Of a stretch of 64,000 nt of DNA, positions 41,098 through 54,400 are shown in pieces (within the stretch, counting starts at the first letter, position 1; every line of letters begins with the position of its first letter). Source of the DNA: Balanoglossus misakiensis (lineage: Eukaryota > Animalia > Hemichordata); assembly GCA_040954595.2 (NCBI GenBank), contig CM082593.2:2993434-3057433 (forward strand), given 5' to 3'. Made by a program: the position numbers and the translations under genes. The notes beneath the pieces are model-generated. The model worked only from the letters and a program-made list of their open reading frames with translations, ran no database searches and had not been told where the DNA came from.

Positions 41098-42154
41098 ATT
41101 GTTAGTGGGAGAGGGAGTAAAATTGCGATTGTGAAGGGAGAGTACAGCATGGCGTCGTATAGCTGCCGGAGCTTGACAGTAGGAAATTGCTGCACTAGTG
41201 CATTGTGGTCTTTATATGTAGGAAAGTAGTCATCAGTGAAAGTCTCGCAAGTTAAAAAAAAAACCCACATGAGAAAAAAAATCACGAGATTGAGCTTGTC
41301 AGGTGTTCCTTCCGTTCGGGGGATTTTAACGCAAACTACTCTATAAAGAGTTTGTTTCCTGGAACCTGTTGTCAGGAAAGCTGTTATCTGAAGAAAAGGG
41401 TCACTGTTATGGGTTGTCACTCGTTTCCTGATGAAATGTTCTGTGTTTTATCAACGTTGATTGTACGAAAGCAAGTCTTCCGGAGTCGAGTTCATGTTTC
41501 ACACACTCACTTGTCCGATCTTCAGGAAATGTGTGGTCTGCTTCGTGGAAGCTGAGCTCTGGCAATAATTTCAAGAAAATTTTCAGAACAACATAATTTG
41601 AGAATCCAATGGCATACTCCTGTGCTCTCCTAAGCATGCCGTTTAAACATGTCATTCAGAAATTCATTTTATCTCATTAATGCAAGTCGTAGGACCATAT
41701 CGCTCGTCAGGCACTGATCAAACCCATTATCCTTGGAAACTTTGATGAATATCGCTGATGGTTCACGGATGCATATTGACATGGCTCATGCAATATTGAC
41801 GAGACAACGGAATTAGTCAAAATTAGCCTCATATGGAGGTAGATAATTATATTCTTATGTGTTTGAAATCCCAATTACAGTACCGCATCTCAATTGCGTG
41901 CATTCTTTCATGCTGTACAGGTTGCATGCTTACAGATCTGCATTGGAGACAATCTTGAAATGATTAAATTTACGTTTCTGTAATTTAGTGTTTCGACCTC
42001 TCAGTTTCTCCTTCAGTCATAAAATCTTTTATTCTACTTGTAAATTACCATATAGGTTACGGCTCGAATCTCCATCTTGCAGAGGTCTGTTCTTTCGTTT
42101 GCAAGATTTACGATGTCCTATTTAATGAAAATTTAATTTGCTTTATTTGAGATC

Positions 42155-42433
42155 GCTGCTGGGGGATTGGAGCGCATCTTAGAGCATACTGTTTGTAATT
42201 GAGTGATGACTATGTTAAAGGGACACTGGCCGTGTCTTTTAGTGTGGAAATTGCTGGCAACAAGCTTGACTGTTGCGGCTGCGGAATTGATAGTATCTTA
42301 GAATACAGTTTGTAATTGAGCAATGATTGTATTAAAGGGACACTAATGTTGAAAGTTGTTAGCATCTAACTTGTCTGCTGCTGCTGCAGGATAGGTGTGT
42401 ATCATAGAAAAGTCTGTAATGGAGCAATGATTG
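42155..42433. repeat. Old degenerate tandem repeat, ~2.5 copies of a ~100-120 bp unit
   Basis: Recurring blocks ATCTTAGA..TA(C)..GTTTGTAATTGAG..ATGA...TTAAAGGGACACT at ~42176-42227 and ~42295-42344, with a third partial copy ATCATAGAAAAGTCTGTAATGGAGCAATGATTG at ~42401-42433. Confidence 0.8.
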
Positions 42434-45400
42434 AGAAGCAAGTGGTTAATACTGTCGCTGTCTGGGTGAATTTGAGAGAGATTTTGGCAGCTGGTTGTGA
42501 TGATGCCAATCATCTGGCTAACAAACATAACTGTGAAGAGCTATGGAGTGAAAGTATGAGGCCAAGACATCGTTGAGAATAGACACCTCAGAAAATTGAA
42601 ATTGGCTTCAGTTCCCCCATTAACCCTCTTTGTGGACGTGTTTTACGGCCGTTATATTTCCACTGAAGACAGGGCATCTTTCAGAATTAAGCCATGACAT
42701 AAAGGGGGTGTTTTGTTTGCTTTTGCCCTATTGCCAATATCTGTTCACAGTGCCATGCATGGCTGAACCCTCTATTCAAGCTGTCATTCACAGGATCTTC
42801 TGCTAACCCACCCATTCTTGTGTCCCAGCCAAGCCCCAAACCACTTGACGGCAAGCCCTGGCATCCTCTAATACAAGGGAGTGGAGAGCCCCATTAACAA
42901 GCGGAAAGTGGATTTCTTTGAGGGGGTGGGGAAGACACACAAAGATCCTTAAAGAGGGTTCTGATCTTTTTTGATTCCGAGGCCAAAGAACTGAGTTCTA
43001 TGCATCGACAATTAAATATTTGAGAGGAAAAATGCAGATAGTAAGGTTCGCCCAGCAAAATTCAACCTTACTTTTTCATGTTTCTGTGTCTAAAATAAAA
43101 ACTGTGTCCATGATACGAAATTATGATCAATGCTGTGTACAGCGATTGCTTAGGAGAAGTTAAACTGTGTAACGCTTCTACAGAACATCGTAGGTTAAAG
43201 TATGATTGTCTCTCAATCCAATTAGTATGTCGGTCCAGTTGCTGGGTAGCGTGGCTTTTTTTATTGGCTATTTTCTTTACAGTCTCTTGTACGTTACTCA
43301 TTTTCAAGATTAGAAATAATCTCACCCTTCATTATTTTCCCCCACCAAAACTGTTGCTTCGGAAGTCTGAGGAGGATTAATGGCTCCCTTGTGAGAGCGT
43401 GTTGGTTTTTTACTCACAACACTCACGTGGTTTCGGAATGGGGCAATAGTTATCTAAATTTCATCATTACGCTCAGGTCCTTAAGTTAGTAAACCAACAC
43501 AAACGCCAACCGGTCATGAAAATTAAAACCGCTGAGCGTTTGTCATGAATTTCGACTAGGAGGCGAGGTGGACAAGTAGGGTATTGCCTTGAAACGGAGC
43601 AATTACTTGCTCTGCAGAGGGGGGAGAGTTGTTTTATGCAGAAGCGAACAGAGGGAGGAGATATGTGGTGATGTGATAGAAGATAAGACACGCACCCCGA
43701 GTGTAATTACTCAGCGCAATCTGTCACCATTGGAAATTTTCTGGCGACAGTCACCTACTGCGCGATGGAAAGAACTTGAGTGTCCCCAGGTGATTAGGAT
43801 GTGTGTTTTCCCCATCCACTGGCCTTTGTTTTAATTTGAAGCTGACTTTTCATCAAATTTCAGCTATTGATTATCAAAAAGAAAATGGCTTCATCAGGCT
43901 CGTAACGGCACCTGATTGTTCGGTGAAAACGTCTCGCTACTTCAGCAAATTTGTCGTCTTTGTCGTTTTATTTCAGTTTATGTCAAAATCTTTCCCCCAC
44001 TTATGGTGATTGATTGCCTGATTGCGGATTTCTGTCTTCTGAACGGTTCCTATTGGTCGGAATTGGTGCTGAAGTCAAACATATTGCCTAACACTCTTTT
44101 TCTCCGCGCAATCTAGTGGGAATTACAATTATTACAGTATCATCAAGTGTATTAGGATCCTGGGATTGTAAGTCTAGCCAGAGACATAGGAAATGATCAA
44201 AAATTTATGACAGAGAGGAAAATCCCCCTTTCATTAGGTTTTTTTGAATGAAAAATGTCTTTTACAATAGAGGAGCCAGAAAGTCTAGCCACTTCAGTGT
44301 ATAGTGTTTTGACTATTGGAATATCAATATCATCTGCAGACGGAGTCGGTTGTCAGGGCTGGAAAAGGGGATCCGGCAATGTGTTAGACTCGGGAAGTAG
44401 CTGAAGTAGAGACAGCTTTACTTTTGACATGTTTTTTTTCAATGGATGTTCGCCAATCCTCGTCGGAAAAATGTCCAAAAATGGTCCTGATCTCCCCAAC
44501 GAGAAAACTGGATGTTGATAAAAAAAAGTGTGTCAACAGTGGGGGTGTGTCGCGCGCCGTAAAAACAATGTGTGCGTGTACGAGACGTATTGTCAGACTT
44601 GGTATGAATGCGTAATTGTTAGCTGCTCGCGATTGTTTAACTGGGTGGCTGGTCGATAAGCTTGAGTTGTTAGATCACCATAACAAAGGCTGTGTTGATG
44701 AAAGTTTTCGAGGGAAGTTTCTTCATAAGTGAACGATCTGTCTAGCTGAAAATTGAATTTTTTGTTGGGGGGGGGGGGGGGAAATAATGTAAAATACCAC
44801 TTCATCTATATATTTATGTGTGTGCTTAGTTTAGTTCCTATTTGTGAAAGTTCACCTCATTCTGTCAACACTTGCACAGAATCCTGTCAGGAATTTTAGT
44901 ATGCAGTGCTTTAGAATTCTTTTGGGGTGGTGCAGTTCAGAAGCTGGCGTGTAGAGAGAGCTTCGGCCAACCGTCCCTAACACATTTTAGCAAATAGAAC
45001 AACATACATGTATTATGAAGTCTCGCACTGAAGAAAAAAAAATTATACGGTGACTGTGTCACTTTAATCATGTCCAACCTTATATATCACAGGAGTTTAG
45101 ATGAAATTGGCTTCCCGCCTTCCATTCTAAATAATGTATTCAGAGCTATGGGGATCAGAGATGATATTAATAACAACTTACATAATGTGAAGCCGAAGGC
45201 TGATTATTTAAAGTCATTTGAAATCTATAAATGTATGTCTGAATTGGTCTCAAATCCATAAATTGCATTTTCCTCATTTTATGTTTCATGAATGACCAAG
45301 TTATCTTTTACCATTAATGATTTTTATCCTCTTGAAATGTCAGTCAGTTTTAATTGACATCACTGGTAACCAGGTAACCTTCTTTGTCCCAGTGCGAATT

Positions 45401-48400
45401 CATCTTAACCGCTGTGTACATGTATCTACATGTATACAGGTGAATTTTTATTGGCATTGACAGCAGGCCTGTTAGCTGTGATTTTCTACTTTGCTGAGAA
45501 TCATGCGCAAATTGGAACAATTTCATAAAACAGCATATTTTCCTGATTTGTGGAGAATAAAGCCTGGGTAATTTGATATAAAAGTTTAATGACATCGCCT
45601 AGCAGCGAAGATTTCGTGCCAACGTTGAGGGCATTTTATGGCGTTTTGGGAGGAAACTCTTGCTGCGTTTTTCTGTGTAAATACAGTTGAGACAATCCCT
45701 GGTGTTCGTACTGTCTGGTATTTGAGATTTAGGAGTTATTTGAAGTAATCCTGACAGGTTCAATATGGCCGCCTTTTTTAAGGGCCGGATGTCAGCTTGC
45801 GACATTTCTAGGGTTTCTGTTCTTCATCAGATGTAATCAGAGCAGAAAATGATGAATCTCTTAAAGTTTATGGCAGAAAAATTAAAAGATCTGCTGGGTA
45901 CGTTTATTCTTGTCGGGGGAGGGGGAGAATCAGTTTGTCCATGCATTCCTGGCGCAGAAAATGGCAGACTTGCGCACGTGGATGTTTCATGGGGCATTCA
46001 AGAACTTTGTGTGACTTCACATGTGCTGAAATTTTACCACATCTTAGTCGTTTAATGGTTTATTTGGTCAAACTGGGCATCTATAAAGTAATGATCAACC
46101 AAAAGGTGTCAAGGTCGTAAAAATATCGCCTTTGTTCCTTAATATGGCATTGCTGTCACTTCTTGTCGACATAATGCGACATTTATAGAAAAAAATGCAA
46201 CTTGGCAATGATCCAGTGAATGTACACTCGTTTAAGGTTCAGTTTGTATGCGCGTGTGATAGTAAGGGGGTGTTATCATTTGCAGAATTTTTACAATTCT
46301 GATGCAGGGATTTATTGCCCATTGGCACTGAATAATGAAAATACAGCAGGTCAAACTCGAAGGTCACCCGCACCTGATCTTGCATAAATAATATAGTTAT
46401 CTAAATTTCAGAATAACCGCCCCGAAGGAGAGGCACGCTTGCAAACTGCCACAACTAGAGGCTGTCATGTTAGAGATTCCATATATTTTGCACTTAACGG
46501 GAAGGAGAATATAAATTCATCATCTGAGTGTGCTTGAGGTTTATACAAAGACGGAACAGCACAGGCTGATGTGGTACATGTCACACAGCTCAGGGAAAGC
46601 CCGAGATTGTTTGCTTTTCGCTGTTTGAAATACGGAGAGAAATCGATAAATGACAACAAGAAAAGTCCCGGTTAAATCCTTCGAGTTTCTTATTGAGCGC
46701 TTTTTATGCAAGTTGTAAGATGGAGCAGTAGTACGTCGAGGAAAATGTCAATATTAAATTTCCAATGAAGCCGTTGAGCTGAGATGTTGTTGTGTGTCAG
46801 TACGATCAAATGGGTTGTGATACGAGCGATCTGATGTTTTACAGATTGAGGAGTAGTTTAGTCTGGAGTTTAAGCGCTCTCACATTGCTGGTAGCAGTGA
46901 TTGCGTGTGCAGTCTAACCATTTTACCAGAAGACTTTTGATATGGTGCACAAGATGGCCACCGCTTTCTGTCGCCGGGGTTACCCCAGACTTTTTAGAAC
47001 GAATCCCTCCCCCTTTGTATTCACAGGAAAGACTGTCTTTGTTCACAAACTCAAATATTTGTTTTCTGGAGGCACAAAGCGTGAAATGACGAAGAGAAAT
47101 TGAAAATTCAAGAGGGCGCTTAAACAGGAGGACAACACGACTCACTGTCTTCAGTTACCGAGCTGAAAACTCTAGCTGAGCTTGCAGACTGAATTTTGGA
47201 CCACTTCTTTCTGTTTATTTTGATGTCCCCTGATCTATTGTGTAATTTATAGGTTTTCCAGCAGGAGCAAGGTCGTTTTCCCCCCTTTCCCGCTGCCCAC
47301 CTTAGGCATATTGTGGAAAAACAATTTCCTTTGGGAGGCGTTTTTTGCCCTAGGTTCCTATTTCCAACATCAAGGTCTCGGTACCCAGAGAATTTATTCG
47401 CATGATTGTAACTTCTGGGGGTGCTTGGAAATCAGAAGCCAGAATGCAGCAGATATATCTCTTTTTCATACTTTCATGTCTTTCTGTCTTTTGTTCGAAG
47501 TCTAACTACATTCATGAATTCTCTGCCTGCGCGAATTCTGCCGGGCGACATCTCCGGTTTCCCCAAATGTGAAATTTGCATAGTTTTCTGGCTGCTGTGG
47601 TTGTCATAACCGCTTACGCCCGCTCCCAACTGATGTCGACTCGCAGCAGACTCACTTTATTGTCGCTAAGTTGGGTTTCACGGTCTGTTGACCAGCCAAG
47701 GACAAATCAAATATACAGTTGCACGCAGGTCTTAATAGGGTACCCAGGATTTTTGATCTAAGCTCTGCTACTTCACTCTTGGGAGGAGAGCGGGCAAGCA
47801 TCCACTCACAGCTTGCCGTCTTCCAATACATCATTTTTTAGAGAGTGAGGGAAGTGAAGATTTTTGCACAAAAGGAGTCTCTTGCCATAGACTGCATCAA
47901 TTTTGAACCGAAGTCGCCGTACCCCTCTTGTATCTCAAGATGTAGAGGTTTCCGTTTAACTGTTTGACACGCTACTTTAAACATGAGTTCAATTCAACTC
48001 ATTGCATGGTTGGAGGTATATACATATAAAAACGTCTTTTACAACCTCATGCATAGTCATATATTTCTGAAGCCCCCCACTAGGAACAGGATAAGAGAAA
48101 AATTACTAATCATGAAGCCAAGCTTCCAACTTGAAGGAAGTGTCTCGGAATTGTACTGGTGATTCCAGACATTTCTCGCATTGAAGATGGAATTCCTTTG
48201 TTTGCCGTAGCTGCTCCCCCTGCGGAAAATGGTATCGACCGGCAAAGAAACTCTAGAGCAAACCGTGAAATGGAGAACTGTTCCTTTCATGGAAGCTTTG
48301 TGTATCAAACTGTTTAACAGAAACACTAAGTTTCATTACGGAAAGTACATATTTTGCAACGATCTGCATCCTTGTAATGTCTCTACGCCCTGACGGTATC

Positions 48401-51400
48401 AGGAATTCGTGCACTGGATGATAATTACAGGAAAAAAATTGTCTGCAGTGAATGGTTCAGAGCTTAAAGTGGCAAGCCGAGACAAAGAACAAATATGAAT
48501 TTAGCTTGATAGTTTATATTAAGGAATAGTTGTAACTTCAATTCTTTTTATTACAGTCCAGAGTAGACACCACAAGTTGCCTCAGTGTTTTATTTAATTA
48601 TTAATAAAAACCCAAACTTTGTGTTTGTTTTGTTGTTCCTGAACACATTCAGAGATGTGGTGGCGAAGCGCATTGCAATCTTTGGAAAGACCAAAACTAG
48701 GATTGACAAACACACACGTCTGGAGCAGGTCAGAAGTGTTAAATGCAGAAAGCTGTAGTTTTTGCAGACAACAGTTGGACTTCAGGGGAAGCAGTCAGTC
48801 AACAAGCGCAGGAGGGCCAGTTTTGTTAAGAGTCAGCGGTGTTTTGTAACATGATCGGATAGAAGCGGAACTTGTTTTGCTCTGAGCTGTTGTTGATACT
48901 GAGGGAGACAAAAATGTCCACTGCGGAGTGACAAAACTCAGTTTTTAAGTAATTGGTTGTGTTTGTAATTTGCTTTCTTGGTGGTCTCCTCATGTTGCTA
49001 GTTTTTCTCTCTTATCGCAGAGAGACAGGAGATTTATCGAATCTTTCCCTACACGACTCCTTTTAGTTCAATATTGATGGACTTGTGTCATAAATATTTA
49101 GAACGGACAAAAAAGGCTGCATTTTCATCTTATGCCTTGAGAGATAAGAAGCAGCTCAAACGGCCTAAATTGCAGATTGAAGATAATGGCAACAATTTGC
49201 TTTTCTTCAGTAAATAGGAAAATGTTTCGATTAAATCTTCCATTGATGTTTCCCATTCATCTCGTTATATAGCGTGCAAAAATATTTTTTTTTAGAAATT
49301 TTCCTGAAACTGCAAAAACAAAAGTAACCATATTTCTTTTGTTGGAAAGTTCAAGAAAAACCATTTAAGAAGTCATTGCCTTTTGTGTAAATAAATATCT
49401 GTGGCGGGGCATATTCATCTAAAATTTAATTAATGCCACTTTCAGGCTTTTTATGTATCATACGGTATGATGGGTTTTGGGGGCTAAGCTGTCAGGTCTG
49501 CAGGCCGTGGAGTTGTCTAGAGTTTCAGATAAGAGCCAGGGGCGATATGAGCCATGTTGTATATTCTGAGATAAGGGGGATTGGTTTTCATGTGCCGGCT
49601 GTCAGGGTATGGTTTAAAGGGACTGGTCGTGTTCAGCCCCCACTCCACTTTATCAAGCTGATGGCACTAGTTCCGCTCGTTACGATTGGTTGATTAGATC
49701 CCTCTAAATTAGGCTTCATTATTTGTAATCTTTTGTGTGTGTGTGAGAGAGAGGGAGAGAGAGAGCGAGAAAAAAATAGACAGAAATGTCCGCGTGATTG
49801 TATTTGTTGCCAAAAGGCGCTCTTCTAGTGATCGAAATTAAAATGATACGTAAAGGATCCGCGAGGCGAGCCGTGATCTCGGTAACGAGCCATCCTTTGT
49901 TCTTGTCGTGCCTGCCAGTGGCTCGTTTGAACGCTCGCAAATTGGGGTTGGGGGACTTTGTTTTTCCTGCTCACAATCAAGGGCCATGAATTTTGCATGC
50001 AGGGCCACACACAGGTAATGGCTTCTGGGGCAGAAGGGAATTATTGCTGACAATCAGAAAGTGATGACAACAATGCTAGTGGGGGAAAAGATGGAAGGAA
50101 CAAAGAAGACGGTGGAATTGACTTTGGGGGGAGAAAAGACGCACAGAACAAAGAAAGTCAGGTTTTGCGTTATCACCACAAGGGAGTGATGCCCGAGATA
50201 ATGAACTCGAGTGTATGAATACAGAGCAAAAGATGCAAGAATAATAGATGAAGTACGAATTTTGCCAGAAGCAATGATGCAACTTTGATGAGCATGTGGA
50301 TGGGGCTCATTAGCATATGTTGACAGCACCTGTCTTTTGTCTGGTAGGTTGCACATCAAAATGTCAAAAATTGCCAAATTTTGATTAATTTTTGTCATAG
50401 GGAATATATTTTCCACTCAACAGGGCATGTTAATATGAAAATGGCTTATAATCACGAGAAAATGCATGAAAGATTGTATTTTTTTTGCGATATCTGTCAT
50501 TTTCTAATGTATTGAGGCAAAAGTTCTTACTTTGGAGTATCAGATTGCAAATACGAGAAATACTAGTATCTTATCAGAGAATTGGTGAAATTTCTCACAG
50601 GATTTGCGAACACACCTAAAGAATTCATCCTCTGTTACCAAAAGGTTGGCGTATCTGGTGAATAATAGAAAGGAGGACGAAATGTTTGGAATTTTGAAAC
50701 CTGATCTTGGAGATTTGACTTTGAGGAAGGGTGAAATCTCTTGGTATTGGTTTTATCTATACCTGAACAGAGGATGTTGCGACAGAGATATACTCCGATC
50801 TCCCTGGCCACTGTCGTGAATTATAAAAAATGTGTATTGCTCAAGTCTTTGCAGCCCCCGCACCAAGTGTGAAAATAACTTTGTACGCACCTTCTGGGAG
50901 TCGATAGCACCCAACGTATTGACTGAATCTGCTCATGGTAACAACCAATGAATACATATATTCAATGCAAAGAGCACTAGGGCATATCGCGTGTTTATCA
51001 GAGACATTTCACAGATAAAGTGAAAATTATTGAGAAATAACTGAAGGGTCGGATGTATTTGCAGAAAAAAATGTCCTCAAAATGACCGAGTGATGATCAG
51101 TGTTGGTGAACTTCTTTGTTTTGTATTGTGTAACTGTTTGTTTAATCCTCTCAGTCTTTTGTTCCTTCTTCTTTGTTCTCCAAACTTGACCCAAGAGACA
51201 ATCGCCGTGTCATTGATCCGGGTATTACCAGTACACGTTAACATTGAACCCTGTAATTGATTCTTTGAACTTGTAAAATGGTTGTTGGCGCTGTCAGACT
51301 GCATGAAGTACACAAAGGAGAGCATCTCCCCTCCTCTCCGAGGCTGACAACCTGCCCCTCCCCCTCCCAGAAAAGTTTCTTCTACCGCGGCAGTTCTTTT

Positions 51401-54400
51401 TCTTGGTGGAAAACGGAGGATTATTTGAGTTGAGAAAGATGCATGTGCACGCTTGGCTCGTACACTTTAGAGCCATGAATTATACATCGATCCAATCTGC
51501 ATAAATTTGCACAGTTTCATTCCGTGTCCTCTTGAGAATTCATTGTCAGGCAAGCGCATCTCTAAGCAGTGTTCGCTAAAACAAAGAAGTGACAGATCCT
51601 TCAACTAATTTCTTCTCGGAGAGAAAATCTGAGTGAGGTATTCAGTTTTGGATTCAAGTGGCACGGTCATATGGCTGAAGAGTGTTTAACTTAAATTGTT
51701 TGAATTTTCACCATAATCAACAAAGGGTTGCAGAGATAAAAAGTGTGTGCTTCCTATGAATTATATTGTGTATGTGAAATTTGACAACAGTGTGGAAAAT
51801 CTTCGTAAATGTTTGATTTAGTTTTTGTATCCTGTTTAATCAATTTCAGATGTAAAGGTCAACTTCTACATTGGTACGCAGAATCAATCATTAAAGCTGA
51901 TTATATGGTCGGTCTGGGTTTTTTCTAAGGAAAAACATGGCAAAATTGGCCAGTAAGGAAAGTCCATCATTCTGTGTGTTTTAACGAATTTCAAATGTTT
52001 GTTTATTGGTTTTCATGTTTGGAAAAGTGAATGGACAAAGAAAGATATTTGTGTGAAAACTGTTCTGTGGTTATTCAAGAGGTTCAGAATCTGGTGTCAG
52101 GGTGGATGGGGGAACTATACGTCAGCTTCCCTGGTAGAGCGAGCAAGCCTGATGGCACAGACGGACTCAGATTCATCTCTCTCTGCAAATGAACGAAGAC
52201 ACCCTGGGGCTGACATCTGTTAGTGCAGCACACAGCCACCGTGTCTCCAACATTATTGACTTATAAAAAGTTTAGAGCTTATACTTTCTCGTCTGTTGCC
52301 AGCACTTGACTTTCTGTCAGGCCCTGGGTGGGGATTATACCGCTAACAGATAAAAGGGGGGAGTTTTCTTTAATGCTTGTGATAATCGCAAGTTTTACCT
52401 TCACTTGAAATGTTTCACTTTTCTAGTAACCGTGACTTAATCATGAAAAAATAAAACATTTAGTACCAACAGACACAGTCAGTCTGAACTCAAGTAATAG
52501 TTTTAGAGTCTATGAACCTGTTCTTACAAAAAATAGAGTCTTGGGTTCAGATACTGTTGAATTCCCATCAGAAAGACCTGGACAAGGGACCTGCACTTGA
52601 TGTGATATTCATTTAATGTCAAAGCCGTTATTCAGCAGGATTTGAAAGAGAGAGTGTGTGTGTGAGTGAACCGTCCTTGAGTTGTGAATAAATCCAATCG
52701 TGAACACAGAGTCCCACCAGAGAGGAATCTTTGCAGAAATACCAAGCGTGTGTGATTTTCGTCATTGTTGCTCGGTACAAAATGAAACAGGTTCCGTCTG
52801 TCTGTCCGTCCAGCTGCTGCAGCAAGTGGCTATTCTGTTGCCGGGGCATATTGACCTTGTCACAATGGACCCTCTCTAATTCAATTACTTATGTACACAG
52901 AACATTTGTTAACAAAAGCACGAAAAATCTGGCTGTTTTGTTTTACAGCTCGCCTAAGCTGATTAGAGCCAGCATATGGAATTTCTCACTGGTCTCGGAG
53001 AGCGCAACGCTGGTCAGATTGTGGGCGCTTTTTGGAAGAACCATTAGCTGTGCAGTGTTTCATCAGTCAGACCAGGGAAATCTCCTCAGTGGTTTGCCAC
53101 CCCCAACCAATGGCACTGTCCCCTTCCAAGAGAGAGTGCTTTCCCCCAGGGATGGCAATCAATTGGCTGAAGGGCGGCTTCTGCAGCGTGTTTGCAGAAA
53201 ATGATATTTCCAGTGTATCATTTACGCTCGGGAGAGAAATAACAGAACTCCATTCCGGCGTCCTTGCACTGGTTCCATAGTCTTGGTGGTCCCCTGCTCT
53301 GATAATCACCAAAGCCCGGACTAAAATGTGCGAATTATCAGTTTTCTTTTTCTCCAGAGCTCACATAATGGACAGTAATGTCTCGTCCCCCTTTTACCAC
53401 CACTAATTGTCACACGTACATTATCAACCAGACTCTCTCTCCATCCGGCATTTCACCAGCAACTATGGCCATTTTCTTGTTGACCATTCTTTCTGGATGT
53501 CTGCCACAAATTAGCGTTCCATGCCCCATTCTTCCTCCGGTCCTTTTCTTGGCTCGAAGGATTTTTTCCCCCGGTAATGCATATGGTGGTATTATCTCCA
53601 ACACCTTGGCACACTGCAGCGAGCGAATTAACCATCTCCGGTTCTTTCACTGCTCTATAAGGGGTGCAGGGCCAATAATTACACCCGCAGCTCTGTCTTC
53701 TCTGGATAATAAGTCACTGTATCTGTCACGGGTCACTGACCAGCACTATTTTATTTATCCATGGATGGATAGCTCTCCCTCTCGGTCAGTAAAACGAGGG
53801 AAAGCTGCACATTTCATTCTGAAGAGAAGGATTCCATGTATCTCTCCCTCTTTGCATAAAAAAAATGAAAATCCCTGGATGGTTTTGTGGGGTTTGCATC
53901 ACCGTAATGAACTCTCCATTGAACCGTCCAAAGATAGAAAATCTATACACCGGGCAATTACGCAGAAAGACAATTAAAATGGGGGTTTGTTTTGTTTGCT
54001 TTGTGGTATGACAGTTATGTGTACACAGCTAACAGCTAGTGTTTAATGGGACCACAAAACATGTTTTCATTTTACAAGCCACTTGAAGCGGGGAATTTTT
54101 TGTCAGTTTTTGTGTCACCAGGAGAATCCCTGAAATGCTTTGCAGAGAAGTGATCACTCTTGGCTGTGAATGTTGAAGTGTGTGCCAGAGGATCTGGTTT
54201 GGAGTGAGTCAGTTTTCTTGTACTCCCTCCATCCTCTCTGTAAGTACCCTCCCCCCCTTTTCATATTTTATTTCTCCATTATCTCCCCTTTCCACCCCTT
54301 ACCCTTTCCCCAATTCTTTTCTTCTGTCATGTCTAACGATCTCTAAACGTCGATCTCTAAACTCAAGGCAGTTCTGAAATCCACCAGTTGGTCGATTTCT

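Noticed and set aside
7472-53153. Scattered COE/EBF-like TCCCNNGGGR motifs (e.g. ~9438, ~11674, ~22222, ~53144)
   Set aside because: They are short, degenerate and unclustered, and I could not show an excess over chance by eye.
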